Assembly: GCA_947631655.1 (NCBI GenBank)
Contig: CANRME010000003.1
Coordinates: 1 to 35,907 of the forward strand
Length of the DNA stretch: 35,907 nt
Direction: 5' to 3'
From: an uncultured Bacilli bacterium
GTDB taxonomy: Bacteria; Bacillota_I; Bacilli_A; RF39; UBA660
The notes under the pieces were generated by a model. The model did not search any database and was not told the origin of the DNA. It saw only the letters and a list, made by a program, of their open reading frames with translations. Shown piece after piece: positions 7,515 to 17,282 of the stretch (its first letter is position 1; each line of letters starts with the position of its first letter). Position numbers and translations under genes: made by a program.

Positions 7515-9058
7515 TGAATGCAGTAATTTATGCAAGATATAGTTCTCATAATCAAACAGAATGCTCTATTGAAGGACAATTAGAGGAATGTAGAAAATAT
7601 GCAGAACAAAATAATATAAATATTATTGGAGAATATATAGATAGGGCAAAATCTGGAACTAAAGATAATAGAGATAACTTTCTTAAAATGATTGAAGATA
7701 GTAAAAGAAAAACATTTGAGGGTGTTTTGGTGTATCAATTAGATAGATTCGCTAGAAATAAATATGATAGTGTAATATACAAAAAACAACTTAAGGACAG
7801 AGGTATAAGGGTATTATCAGCAAGAGAGAATATATCTCAAGATGCAAGTGGTATTCTTATGGAAAGTGTGCTTGAGGGAATGGCGGAATACTTTTCTGTG
7901 GAACTGGGGCAAAAAGTCAGAAGAGGTATGAAGTTAAATGCTGATTGCTGTTACTATAATGGTGGAACAATACCTTTGGGCTATAAATTGGAAGTAGTTA
8001 ATGATGATAGGTTTAATAATGGTATTAAAAAAGCGGTTAAAAAGAGGTATGTAATAGATGAAAATAAAGCACCAATAGTTAAGAAGATATTTGAAATGTA
8101 TGCAAACGACAATAAAATGAGTGAAATTATTAACTATTTAAATGGTTTAGATTTAAGAACAGCTTATAATAAATCATTTAATAAAAGTAGTATTAGAAGA
8201 ATATTAGAAAATAAAAAATATATAGGTATATACACATATCACGGGCAAGAAACAAAAGACTCTATACCTAGAATAATTGATGATGAATTGTTTTACAAAG
8301 TACAACAAGAATTAAGAAAAAATAGTCTTGCTCCAGCTAGAAGAAGAGCTAAGACAGAATATTTATTATCTGGGAAATTATATTGTGGATTGTGTAGAGA
8401 AAAAATGACTGGAAGTTCTGGGACTTCCGAAAATGGAAAGTTATATACTTATTATGCTTGTAAATTAGCTAACAAACATTTATGTGATATGGATTCTGTA
8501 AAGAAAGAGGATATAGAAGATATTGTTTTAAAATCCTGTCAAGATATACTTACAAAAGACAATATTAATTTAATAGCCAAAAAGATTGTTGAGTATGCCA
8601 ATAACGAAAAAAATACTATTGAATATAAACAGTTAAGTAAAGCATTAAAAGATAATGAAAGAAGAAAGATTAACATTGTTAAAGCAATTACAGAATGCGA
8701 AGACAATACTACAAGACAAATTTTATTTGATGAGTTATCTAAAATCCAAAATGCTCTTGATGAAATTAATCAGTCTTTATTAATAGAAAAAGCTAAGCAT
8801 TTAAATCTCGGAATAACAGAAGTAAAGTATTTCTTAAATAATCTAAGAAAAGGAAATATAAATAAGTTTGAGTACCAAAAGATATTGATAAATACATTAG
8901 TAAATAAAGTGTACTTACATAAAGATAAGGCAATTATATTATTCAATATCAATAATCATGTAGAAGAGGTAAAAATATCTCTTCTTAATGATATTGAAAG
9001 TTCGCTTTTTAATGCAGTAGCTCTGCCACTAAGTAATGAAATGGCTTCGAAAAGTTAA
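7514..9058 (+). CDS. Large serine recombinase (resolvase, recombinase, Zn-ribbon and coiled-coil domains)
   Basis: AVIYARYSS (catalytic Ser), LDRFAR, PLGY, YLLSGKLYCGLC...YYAC......C. Confidence 0.95.
   Translation: MNAVIYARYSSHNQTECSIEGQLEECRKYAEQNNINIIGEYIDRAKSGTKDNRDNFLKMIEDSKRKTFEGVLVYQLDRFARNKYDSVIYKKQLKDRGIRVLSARENISQDASGILMESVLEGMAEYFSVELGQKVRRGMKLNADCCYYNGGTIPLGYKLEVVNDDRFNNGIKKAVKKRYVIDENKAPIVKKIFEMYANDNKMSEIINYLNGLDLRTAYNKSFNKSSIRRILENKKYIGIYTYHGQETKDSIPRIIDDELFYKVQQELRKNSLAPARRRAKTEYLLSGKLYCGLCREKMTGSSGTSENGKLYTYYACKLANKHLCDMDSVKKEDIEDIVLKSCQDILTKDNINLIAKKIVEYANNEKNTIEYKQLSKALKDNERRKINIVKAITECEDNTTRQILFDELSKIQNALDEINQSLLIEKAKHLNLGITEVKYFLNNLRKGNINKFEYQKILINTLVNKVYLHKDKAIILFNINNHVEEVKISLLNDIESSLFNAVALPLSNEMASKS
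8999..9053. other. attR of tier 1 / attL of tier 2, inside the LSR 3' end
   Basis: AGTTCG-N18-CTGCCA, then an imperfect CGAAAA 19 nt downstream. It shares AGTTCG and CTGCCA with the tRNA end. Confidence 0.7.
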
Positions 9059-9191
9059 AAAAGAATTTTAGGAGATAATATTCTTTAGCTTGAAAGGAGC
9101 TGTTTTTTAATGATAAATTAAACGATTTTATAAAGAACAATTTTAAGAATAAAAAAGATAATTTATCAAACGAAAACAAGGATGAGTGATT

Positions 9192-10526
9192 TCATCCTTT
9201 ATTTTTTTCGTTAAGTTTACTAAATAAGAAATTTTTATCTAACATAAAGCAAACTTTTGTAACATCATTTTGAAAAAAGTTTGTATAAGCCTCATCGCCT
9301 CTTTTACCCTTAGGAGCAACCTCTAGTATTTGACCATCAAATCTTTTTGGCTGAGGTAGCAATGATATATCATGTTTTTCAATGGCCTTTTTAACTTGAT
9401 TATATGTTCTTCCAAATAATTCAATATCTTCGTCGTTAAATGTTATTTGTCTTATACCCTCTAAAATTCTTTCTCCATTTTTTGAATTTTTACTTCCTTT
9501 ATAACAAATGACAATTAATGTAACTTCTTCAAAATAATTTTTCCAATAAGAGTCTTCCCAAGAATCTTTAAATTCAGTTAATACTAAATTTCTAAAGGAC
9601 ATTCTTTCAAGTGGATAGCCAAAATCGTTTACAGGTAAATTTTTAATAATATAATTAACTTTTTGAAATAATGGATTCTTAGTAGGTAGCTCTTTATCTT
9701 TTCCAATTAACTCATCAGAAATCATTTTACTTAATTGTTTTGGGACTGGTTCTGCTAATTTTTTATGTGTTAGATATTCAAAAATATCATTTTGTTTTTT
9801 TCCAATAAAATTTTGTATTTGAGCGAATACATATTCTTCAATTGTTTTATATTCAATGTTATCTACATCTAAAATTAAATGTGCATTTCTTAAAATACCT
9901 GTCATATAAGAATTTTTTAGTGAGTATGCTCGTGGCATTGCTAATTCAGTAGAAAATGGTTGAGTAGTTCTATCTTTTCCTGTAGATCCTTTGGGACATG
10001 CTCCCAAATAAGAAGTGTCTCCTTCAGATAGCAAATGAGCCTTTCCTTCTATTACTTTTTGTTTGATTAGTTCAAAATCATTTTTAATTATTAAAGAATC
10101 ACCAGTCATATCATAAAGTTGAAAATCAGTAATTACAAAATCCTTATAATCTTTTTCTCTATCATATTCATACCAAATAATTAATATTTTTTTACTTTTA
10201 AATAATAAATGACTAAAATCAAATTCTTCATGAACAATACTATTATAATCAATCTTTCCTAAAACTAATCTTTCTTTAGCAGAAATTGTTCCATTTTTAT
10301 TTTTTATATATCCACTAACTTTTAACTCTACGCCAAGATTAGCAAAATCAGCTTCAGCTTTGTTATTATTAGGATATTTATAAAAACCAGTTTCAATAAT
10401 TTTTCCCAAATTACCCTTATCTTTAGAGTTTGTCGTTAAAGTATTATTTATATCAAAATCTTTAAATGTTTTACCTCTAATTTGTTTGGTATATTCAAGA
10501 AGTTCATCAATTGTTTTGAAATTCAT
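9192..10526 (-). CDS. Sau3AI/MutH-family type II restriction endonuclease
   Basis: KGNLGKIIE...F.Y..NN..EADF...GVELKV...AKERLVL...HLLSEGDTSYLGACPKG...RAYSLKNSYM, followed by a second MutH-like domain. Confidence 0.9.
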   Translation of the reverse strand: MNFKTIDELLEYTKQIRGKTFKDFDINNTLTTNSKDKGNLGKIIETGFYKYPNNNKAEADFANLGVELKVSGYIKNKNGTISAKERLVLGKIDYNSIVHEEFDFSHLLFKSKKILIIWYEYDREKDYKDFVITDFQLYDMTGDSLIIKNDFELIKQKVIEGKAHLLSEGDTSYLGACPKGSTGKDRTTQPFSTELAMPRAYSLKNSYMTGILRNAHLILDVDNIEYKTIEEYVFAQIQNFIGKKQNDIFEYLTHKKLAEPVPKQLSKMISDELIGKDKELPTKNPLFQKVNYIIKNLPVNDFGYPLERMSFRNLVLTEFKDSWEDSYWKNYFEEVTLIVICYKGSKNSKNGERILEGIRQITFNDEDIELFGRTYNQVKKAIEKHDISLLPQPKRFDGQILEVAPKGKRGDEAYTNFFQNDVTKVCFMLDKNFLFSKLNEKNKG

Positions 10527-10536
10527 TTTTTACCTC

Positions 10537-12225
10537 CTAGATTTTGTTAAGCATAATTTTATATTTTTTTGCTACTCTAGCAGAAGTATTAATATTTTCT
10601 TCTATTTTTTCAACTAAATAACTAATTTCTTCTAATGTGGCCAGAGAAAAAATCTCCAATCTTTGCCTTGCTCTTGATGCGGCAACATAAAAATTATTAA
10701 GATATTCTTCTTTCTCAATTTTGAATGGATTGAAATCTACTATAATAATAATATTAGATTCCAAACCTTTAAATTTTTTTGATGTTGTAAATAAAATTTT
10801 GTCTTTTTCAAATTGACTTGATAATGCAATTTTTCTTTTAATATTTTCTATGTTAATTATTGAATTATCTTCGCTTTCCATTGTTAAAATAGTAATATCT
10901 TCATTATCATAACCATCTTTCGTATAACTATTAATTTTTTCAATGATACTTTTTAATAGTTCGTCTTTTCTATTAGAATAATTTAATATTGGCATTATTC
11001 CTGAAATACAAAACTCATTTGATGTACTTTTACTACTAACAATACTGTTCATAGTATTAAGAATTTTTTGAGTATTTCTACAATTCTTTGTTAATTTTAA
11101 TTTGCAATCAAATAATTTTAATATGTTTGGCAAATTTTTATAATATAAAAGTTGGTTTTTATCATAAAATATGAATAATCTAATATTATTTGTTTGGCAA
11201 AATTTTACCAAATGCTCTAGTATTTTATCATAAATATCTTGAGCTTCATCAATAATAATATATTTATATTCCAATTGTTTTAAATCAATTTCTTTAATAG
11301 CAAGTAACAATTGAGAATCAGCTAACAAATTTTTCACAGAATATTTTCCTACAAAAGAGTGTATATTGTAATAATCAATATTTTCATAATTACATTTTTC
11401 AATTAAATGTTTATTAAGAAACTTGTTGAAACATAAAAATAATACTTTTCCGTTTTTTGCAAACCTTTTTGCTTGTTCTACAGCAACGAACGTTTTTCCA
11501 GTTCCAGCTCCGCCTTCAATAGCAACAGAATTTTGATCTTCAATAAAATCTAATACTTTTTTTTGCTCATTGGTAAGTTGTAAAAATACATAGTCAGCTT
11601 CATTTTTTACATTAGACGAAGAGGGAATTAAATCAAAATTTGGCATTAAAATATTTTCTATTACTTTTATTCCATTTTTTTGTAATCTGGTAAAACGTAG
11701 TCCATTATAATAATTAAATACTTTTATTAAGCTTAATTCTGGCGTTTTCAAATCTTCTTCTGATAATATTTGATTAATGCTATAGTTTAACGGTAATGTA
11801 AATTTTTTTATTTCATCTTTTGAAATAGATGGGAACCAGACAGCTTTGTCAATAAAACACCTATCACCATTTAGTAGTTCACCATCAATCTCTTCTATAA
11901 GCTTATATTTGCTTCTATCAGCTTGTTTAAAAGGATCTTTCATTTTATATTCTTCATTTGTGTCTAATCTTTTTTGATACCAATCACCATTTTCACATCT
12001 AATTTCTCCGGATTTAACTTCAATTATTAGAATTCCATAGATTGGATTAAAAATTGCAAAATCAGCTTCTCCCCAAGTAATTCTTCCGTTGTTATTCCTT
12101 TTTTGCCATGTTAATGAATAATAAATATTCCAAGAATTAGACAAGTTTTTTAAAGCCTGAAATATTTTATATTCACCTAAACTATTATGGAAATCATCAG
12201 ATATTTCTGGATAAAAATGTGCCAT
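10537..12225 (-). CDS. NERD nuclease fused to an SF1 (UvrD-like) helicase
   Basis: NERD motifs EADF...IEVKSG...PFKQA; helicase motifs GGAGTGKT, IIDEAQD, NCRNT, KGLE and YVAASRAR. Confidence 0.88.
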   Translation of the reverse strand: MAHFYPEISDDFHNSLGEYKIFQALKNLSNSWNIYYSLTWQKRNNNGRITWGEADFAIFNPIYGILIIEVKSGEIRCENGDWYQKRLDTNEEYKMKDPFKQADRSKYKLIEEIDGELLNGDRCFIDKAVWFPSISKDEIKKFTLPLNYSINQILSEEDLKTPELSLIKVFNYYNGLRFTRLQKNGIKVIENILMPNFDLIPSSSNVKNEADYVFLQLTNEQKKVLDFIEDQNSVAIEGGAGTGKTFVAVEQAKRFAKNGKVLFLCFNKFLNKHLIEKCNYENIDYYNIHSFVGKYSVKNLLADSQLLLAIKEIDLKQLEYKYIIIDEAQDIYDKILEHLVKFCQTNNIRLFIFYDKNQLLYYKNLPNILKLFDCKLKLTKNCRNTQKILNTMNSIVSSKSTSNEFCISGIMPILNYSNRKDELLKSIIEKINSYTKDGYDNEDITILTMESEDNSIINIENIKRKIALSSQFEKDKILFTTSKKFKGLESNIIIIVDFNPFKIEKEEYLNNFYVAASRARQRLEIFSLATLEEISYLVEKIEENINTSARVAKKYKIMLNKI

Positions 12226-12227
12226 AA

Positions 12228-15200
12228 TTACACCTCATTTGGAATCAGTTCTAGATATTTTTCAACTTCATCTATTGCTATTATTTTCCAATCTTTTTCA
12301 GAGCATTTATTTCTTACTTCAAATCCACAGTACTCTGGAGAAATAATTAAATTTTCATTTACATATATAAATAGTGCCTTTATAGTAATACCTGAAATAT
12401 TTATATCAGTATATGCAAAATCAGCTATTTTTTTGTTTTCTCTATCTAGTAAATTACAATAATATTTATACTTTTCTTCTGTAACTAAATTTTCGCTAAT
12501 TCTCTTCCAACTATCATAATCTTCTAAACTATATGTTTCACAAGCATTAACATCAATATATTTTTCTAATTTTTCAGGATGTTTTATTATTTTATTTTCA
12601 ACTGCAGCAATGTTATCTATTTCATTTTCTATATCTTCTCCTAAAAAATACCTTTCAACAAAATTCCATCTTTCGTTATTTTGGCTATTGTTATAATGTC
12701 TAAAAAAATAATCTAATATCTTGACTGATCTATAATGTTTCTCTTTAGCCATTTCAACATAATTATTTTTATAGATAACCCTGTCTTCCACAATATTTTT
12801 AATTTTATCTGGTGCGTTTAAACGAATAAATATTTCTGGACTATCACCGCCCACAATTTCGTATGAAACTAAGTCTAAAATAGATAAAAGTTTTAATGCG
12901 TTAGAATCTGTTACATTGTCAGCATAAAATTGTTCATATTCTGAATTATTTATATACCTTATATTTTTTATTAAAGATGCCTTGCTTAAAATTTGTGTTG
13001 CCAATGTTCTTAATTTTCCATTACTAATTTGATATTTTTCAAATTCATTATCTTCTCTTCTTACAATACATTCATAGTTCAAATCTATGACATCAAAATA
13101 CGAATTTGCAATTATTTCAGCTTTAGAACTCTTATATCTTGAAGATATTTTATTTTTAAACTCTTCTTTGGTGAAAAAATTTCTATCAAACGAAGTTAAT
13201 GTATCAGTTAAATAATTAATCTCATCCATAGCCTTTTGATAAACTTCTGAAAGCAATCCTGATTTCGCTTTCATAGATAGCTTTACTCTATAGAAAATAT
13301 CATTTTTAATATCTCCCATAACATCAACACTATTTTTGTTAAAAAATTTATATTTAAATGATGCAAATGACATTTCTGAACCATATATATTTTCCCAAAT
13401 ACTCTTTAAATCAATTTCATAAATTGGACCCGGATCTGTTACAAGGCATCCACCAACAGCCTCACGGTTTCTTCCTTCTGCAATTTTAGTAAAATATTTT
13501 CCATATTTACTATTTTCAATTTTTAAAACATTTTCTTCTGATACTGAGGCATAAGCTTTTGTAAACATTGTACCTGGTCTAGAAATTAATACATATATTT
13601 TATAAGTTTCATAAAAATCTTTTTCAAGCATTAGTAAAACTATTTTTAATTTGTTTTCCAAATCATCTTGATTGGTTTTTCCAAATACACCATCAAACAT
13701 TTTGGGATTAATCATAAAATTTCGATGCTTTTTATTTAGAAATGTATCATAAATTATAGATAAACATTTCTTTACATGATATTGTTTGATTTGCGACATA
13801 CCAAATAAAGTATTAACATATTTCATGTCACCATTAAAATAGTCAACAATAGCTTTTCCATTAATGCTTTTATCTCTAGCAGCTCTTCCTATTTCTTGAA
13901 CATAATCACTTAGTCCACCAGTTACAGCATAGTGAAAGACATTATGAATATCTGAAATATCTATTCCCATTCCAAAAGCTTTTGTTGCAATCATTACATT
14001 TGCTTTTCCTTCGGTAAAGTCATCCATTGCTTGTACTTTTTCTTCAGCTTCTTCACCACTTCCGGTATATATTCTAATATCATTTTTAAAACATTTAAAA
14101 CTACTAAATTCTTTATCACCATTATAAATTTGGTGTGCAATCGAACTATATGGACAGTAAACTATTGTTTTATCATTTTTATCAATCCACCCATTTATTC
14201 TCTCACCTAGTTTTTGTATTTTCATATCTTTATATTGATCATAAGATTTGTCTGTGTAATTATTTATCTCAAAAGTGATATTTTCTCTTTTTGCTGAACC
14301 TATCTTTTTGATTGGATCATTCATAAACAAACTAATAATTGTTTCTGAAACGGTATCATCTTTTCCACCATTTACCGCAGTAGCTGTACAAGCAAAAATT
14401 GGAAAATCATGATGCCTTTTGCCTTGACCGAATTTATTTTGCATTGTTCTAAGTCTATTTATGTATGTACCTAAATACCAATAATCAGGTCTAAAGCCAA
14501 CGCCCCAAGTTGTAACTATATGAGCTTCATCTATGATTATAAGTCCGATTTCTCTTTCTCCTATTAATGAATCGATTGAATGTGATAGAAGTGTTTCAGG
14601 GCTAACATATAAAATGTCTATTTTTCCTTCTTTGACATTATTAATTATTTCTTCTCTTTGAACAATTGTTGCAATATCAGAATTTAAATATGCATGTTTT
14701 TTATATCCAGATTTGGTTAATATATCATATTGATTTTGCATTAATCCTTTTAAAGGTTCAATAATAATTATTAGTTTGTTATATTTTTCACTTAAATAAA
14801 TTGAAGGCAATTGAAAGATTAATGATTTCCCTGCACCTGTAGACGCAGTCATAAATATATCTCTATATCTTTTTCCCGCATATGCTTTTTCAGATTCACT
14901 AACTATGTATTCCATTATTTCAGCTTGAGAAATATCTTCCATTTCATCTGATAAATCTGGATCTTTATAAAATGATAATTTTCTAAAATTAAAATCTGTT
15001 TTACCAGTAAGTTTTGTACCTATTTTTTTTAGTTCTTCTCTAATAGTACTTGTTATGGGATATTCGCCAGAATATTTGTAAAGGATATTAATATTTAAGG
15101 ACTTCAATAATGCTTTCATTGATTCGAATATCATATTTGATATTTCGGTATTACAAACTTTTTTATAACCAATGGTTTTATAATTATTAGTAATGATATT

Positions 15201-15773
15201 TTGATAGTGTTCTAAATATTTTTCGAGATTATCGTCTATATCAATTAAATATTCACAATTATCTGTTAAATTAATATCGATGTTATTGTCATAAAAATGA
15301 ATAATTCTATCTATATTTGCATTATTTGGAAACTCATAATTGTAATAAGTCACATAATATTGCCCGTTTACCAAATAGATATTTGAATAAATGTTGTCTA
15401 AACTTTGAACTTTTAAATTGACATTCATATTTTCTTCTTCTTTATATTTTAAATACTCTAAGAACGTATTTTCTTCTATTTCACAATATATAGGATATAT
15501 TCCAGGAAAAATATTATTACATACTATTTTTATTCTTATTCTTCCAGTCTTGACAAAAATATAAAGTTGTTCATGAATTAATTCAAATTCTTCATAAGTA
15601 ATCCAAAATTTTTCACCACGTTTATTATAAATATATCCACCTAGTTCAAATGCATAATCATTAGTTAAATTTTTATAGTCGATTTTAAAATCTAAATCTT
15701 TTTCACTTAGTGGCAAATAATCTAATTTTGATAAAAAATCCTTATTAAACCCTTTATAAACATATAAATCCAT
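12228..15773 (-). CDS. Large RecQ-like SF2 (DEAH) helicase with long N- and C-terminal extensions
   Basis: STGAGKS, YVSPE, IDEAH..TTWG..FRPDY, TAT, ATKAFGMGID and YVQEIGRAARD. The start is placed at ATG 15773 behind SD AAGGAAG. Confidence 0.88.
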   Translation of the reverse strand: MDLYVYKGFNKDFLSKLDYLPLSEKDLDFKIDYKNLTNDYAFELGGYIYNKRGEKFWITYEEFELIHEQLYIFVKTGRIRIKIVCNNIFPGIYPIYCEIEENTFLEYLKYKEEENMNVNLKVQSLDNIYSNIYLVNGQYYVTYYNYEFPNNANIDRIIHFYDNNIDINLTDNCEYLIDIDDNLEKYLEHYQNIITNNYKTIGYKKVCNTEISNMIFESMKALLKSLNINILYKYSGEYPITSTIREELKKIGTKLTGKTDFNFRKLSFYKDPDLSDEMEDISQAEIMEYIVSESEKAYAGKRYRDIFMTASTGAGKSLIFQLPSIYLSEKYNKLIIIIEPLKGLMQNQYDILTKSGYKKHAYLNSDIATIVQREEIINNVKEGKIDILYVSPETLLSHSIDSLIGEREIGLIIIDEAHIVTTWGVGFRPDYWYLGTYINRLRTMQNKFGQGKRHHDFPIFACTATAVNGGKDDTVSETIISLFMNDPIKKIGSAKRENITFEINNYTDKSYDQYKDMKIQKLGERINGWIDKNDKTIVYCPYSSIAHQIYNGDKEFSSFKCFKNDIRIYTGSGEEAEEKVQAMDDFTEGKANVMIATKAFGMGIDISDIHNVFHYAVTGGLSDYVQEIGRAARDKSINGKAIVDYFNGDMKYVNTLFGMSQIKQYHVKKCLSIIYDTFLNKKHRNFMINPKMFDGVFGKTNQDDLENKLKIVLLMLEKDFYETYKIYVLISRPGTMFTKAYASVSEENVLKIENSKYGKYFTKIAEGRNREAVGGCLVTDPGPIYEIDLKSIWENIYGSEMSFASFKYKFFNKNSVDVMGDIKNDIFYRVKLSMKAKSGLLSEVYQKAMDEINYLTDTLTSFDRNFFTKEEFKNKISSRYKSSKAEIIANSYFDVIDLNYECIVRREDNEFEKYQISNGKLRTLATQILSKASLIKNIRYINNSEYEQFYADNVTDSNALKLLSILDLVSYEIVGGDSPEIFIRLNAPDKIKNIVEDRVIYKNNYVEMAKEKHYRSVKILDYFFRHYNNSQNNERWNFVERYFLGEDIENEIDNIAAVENKIIKHPEKLEKYIDVNACETYSLEDYDSWKRISENLVTEEKYKYYCNLLDRENKKIADFAYTDINISGITIKALFIYVNENLIISPEYCGFEVRNKCSEKDWKIIAIDEVEKYLELIPNEV

Positions 15774-15881
15774 AAATACACTTCCTTTTTGATCTTGTTT
15801 TTTATTTAAAAATTTTATACAATAATAGTAATGAAGGTTAATCTTTAACATCATTTATTATATAATAAATATCGATAAAAG

Positions 15882-15910
15882 TTGATCTTTTTCTTCAAAT
15901 AAATTATAAT
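15882..15910 (+). promoter_or_regulatory. SigA promoter of the methyltransferase, with GATC in the -35 box
   Basis: TTGATC-17-TATAAT. Confidence 0.7.
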
Positions 15911-15951
15911 ATATTTAGGGAATATAAACAAATAGTCAGGAGGCTTAAGTT

Positions 15952-17190
15952 ATGAAAAAAACTATGGTTGAATTATTTGCTGGTGTTGGTGGTTTCCGTT
16001 GTGGATTAAATCATGTGGAATTAAAAGATGGTAAGACTATAGAAAATGGCAATTGGAAATGTCTTTGGGCAAATCAGTGGGAACCAGCTACTAAGTCGCA
16101 AGAAGCATATGATTGCTATGCTAAGAGATTTGGTGCTGAAGATGTATCAAATGTAGATATATTTGAAGTTGATAAACATGATATACCAGACCATACACTA
16201 TTAGTTGGTGGATTCCCTTGTCAGGACTATTCTGTTGCTCAAACTCTTTCAAATAGTAAAGGAATAGAAGGTAAAAAAGGAGTTCTTTGGTGGGCTATAG
16301 AAGAAACACTAGCTATTAAAAAGCCACCATTTGTACTATTAGAAAATGTTGATAGATTACTATTGTCTCCTGCTAAACAAAGAGGAAGAGATTTTGGAAT
16401 GATTTTAAGAAGTTTCTATGAAAATGGTTATGATGTAGAATGGAGGGTAATCAATGCCGGAGAATATGGTCTCCCACAAAAACGTAGAAGAACTTATATT
16501 TTTGCTTATCATAAATCAACAAAGTATTATAAAAAAATGCAAAAAATTTCTGACTATGATGTGATTTTTTCTGATGGTATGTTTGTACAACAATTTCCTA
16601 TTAAACAAAGTTATGAAGAAATAACTGAATCTAATATTTCAGAATATAAAGATTTAGTAGAAGTAAGCAATTTATTTAAGTGTAATTTTTATAATGCAGG
16701 AATTATGAAAAATGGAGGTATTTATACAGTTAAAGTAAAAGCAGATTATAATTTGGTTTATCCACTAAGAAATATTCGTGAAGAAGAGCCAGTAGATGAA
16801 AAATATTTCTTAAGTAAAGAACAGATAGAGAAATTTGCATTCTTAAAGGGTAGTAAAAAAATCCCTAGAGTTAAGCCAAATGGTGAACCATACTTTTACT
16901 CAGAAGGAGCTATGCCATTCCCTGATAATTTAGATGCACCAGCTAGGACAATGCTTACTAGCGAAAGTGGAATTAGTAGAACAACCCATGTTATTGAGGA
17001 CTTTAAAACAAAAAAAACAAGACTTCTTACTCCAAGAGAATGTGAAAGAATAAATGGGTTCCCAGATGATTGGACTAATACAGGAATGTCTGATAAAAGA
17101 AGATATTTTATGATGGGAAATGCTTTAGTTGTTGGGGTAATTAAAAAAATTGGTGTTGAATTAGAGAAAATAATAGATGATGAAAATTAA
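15952..17190 (+). CDS. DNA (cytosine-5)-methyltransferase, M.Sau3AI-like (probable GATC target)
   Basis: ELFAGVGG, GGFPCQDYS, ENV, QKRRR and MGNAL, plus subfamily-specific WANQWEP and GIEGKKGVLWW; SD AGGAGG. Confidence 0.93.
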   Translation: MKKTMVELFAGVGGFRCGLNHVELKDGKTIENGNWKCLWANQWEPATKSQEAYDCYAKRFGAEDVSNVDIFEVDKHDIPDHTLLVGGFPCQDYSVAQTLSNSKGIEGKKGVLWWAIEETLAIKKPPFVLLENVDRLLLSPAKQRGRDFGMILRSFYENGYDVEWRVINAGEYGLPQKRRRTYIFAYHKSTKYYKKMQKISDYDVIFSDGMFVQQFPIKQSYEEITESNISEYKDLVEVSNLFKCNFYNAGIMKNGGIYTVKVKADYNLVYPLRNIREEEPVDEKYFLSKEQIEKFAFLKGSKKIPRVKPNGEPYFYSEGAMPFPDNLDAPARTMLTSESGISRTTHVIEDFKTKKTRLLTPRECERINGFPDDWTNTGMSDKRRYFMMGNALVVGVIKKIGVELEKIIDDEN

Positions 17191-17215
17191 TTATTATGTT
17201 ATAATTAAAATAACT

Positions 17216-17247
17216 GAGATATCATTAAAATTATGATATCTTTTTTT
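17216..17247 (+). terminator. Intrinsic terminator after the methyltransferase
   Basis: GAGATATCAT-taaaatt-ATGATATCTTTTTTT. Confidence 0.7.
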
Positions 17248-17282
17248 AGTAATACTACTTTTTAAAAGTAATGTTGTCATGA

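Larger units (their letters stand above)
3363..9028. mobile_element. ~5.7 kb LSR integrative element (tier 1) at tRNA-Trp
   Basis: Bounded by CTGCCA at 3357-3362 and 9023-9028, each preceded by AGTTCG. It contains XRE, Rep-like and LSR genes; no capsid or conjugation genes are visible. Confidence 0.78.

Noticed and set aside
3363-9028. Prophage or ICE call
   Set aside because: No structural, packaging, lysis, relaxase or T4SS genes are recognisable.
9092-9190. SD (GAAAGGAG) with a downstream ATG after attR
   Set aside because: The frame stops after three codons; at most an unidentifiable gene remnant.
15774-15854. N-terminal extension of the RecQ-like ORF
   Set aside because: It overlaps the divergent promoter region; the SD supports ATG 15773.
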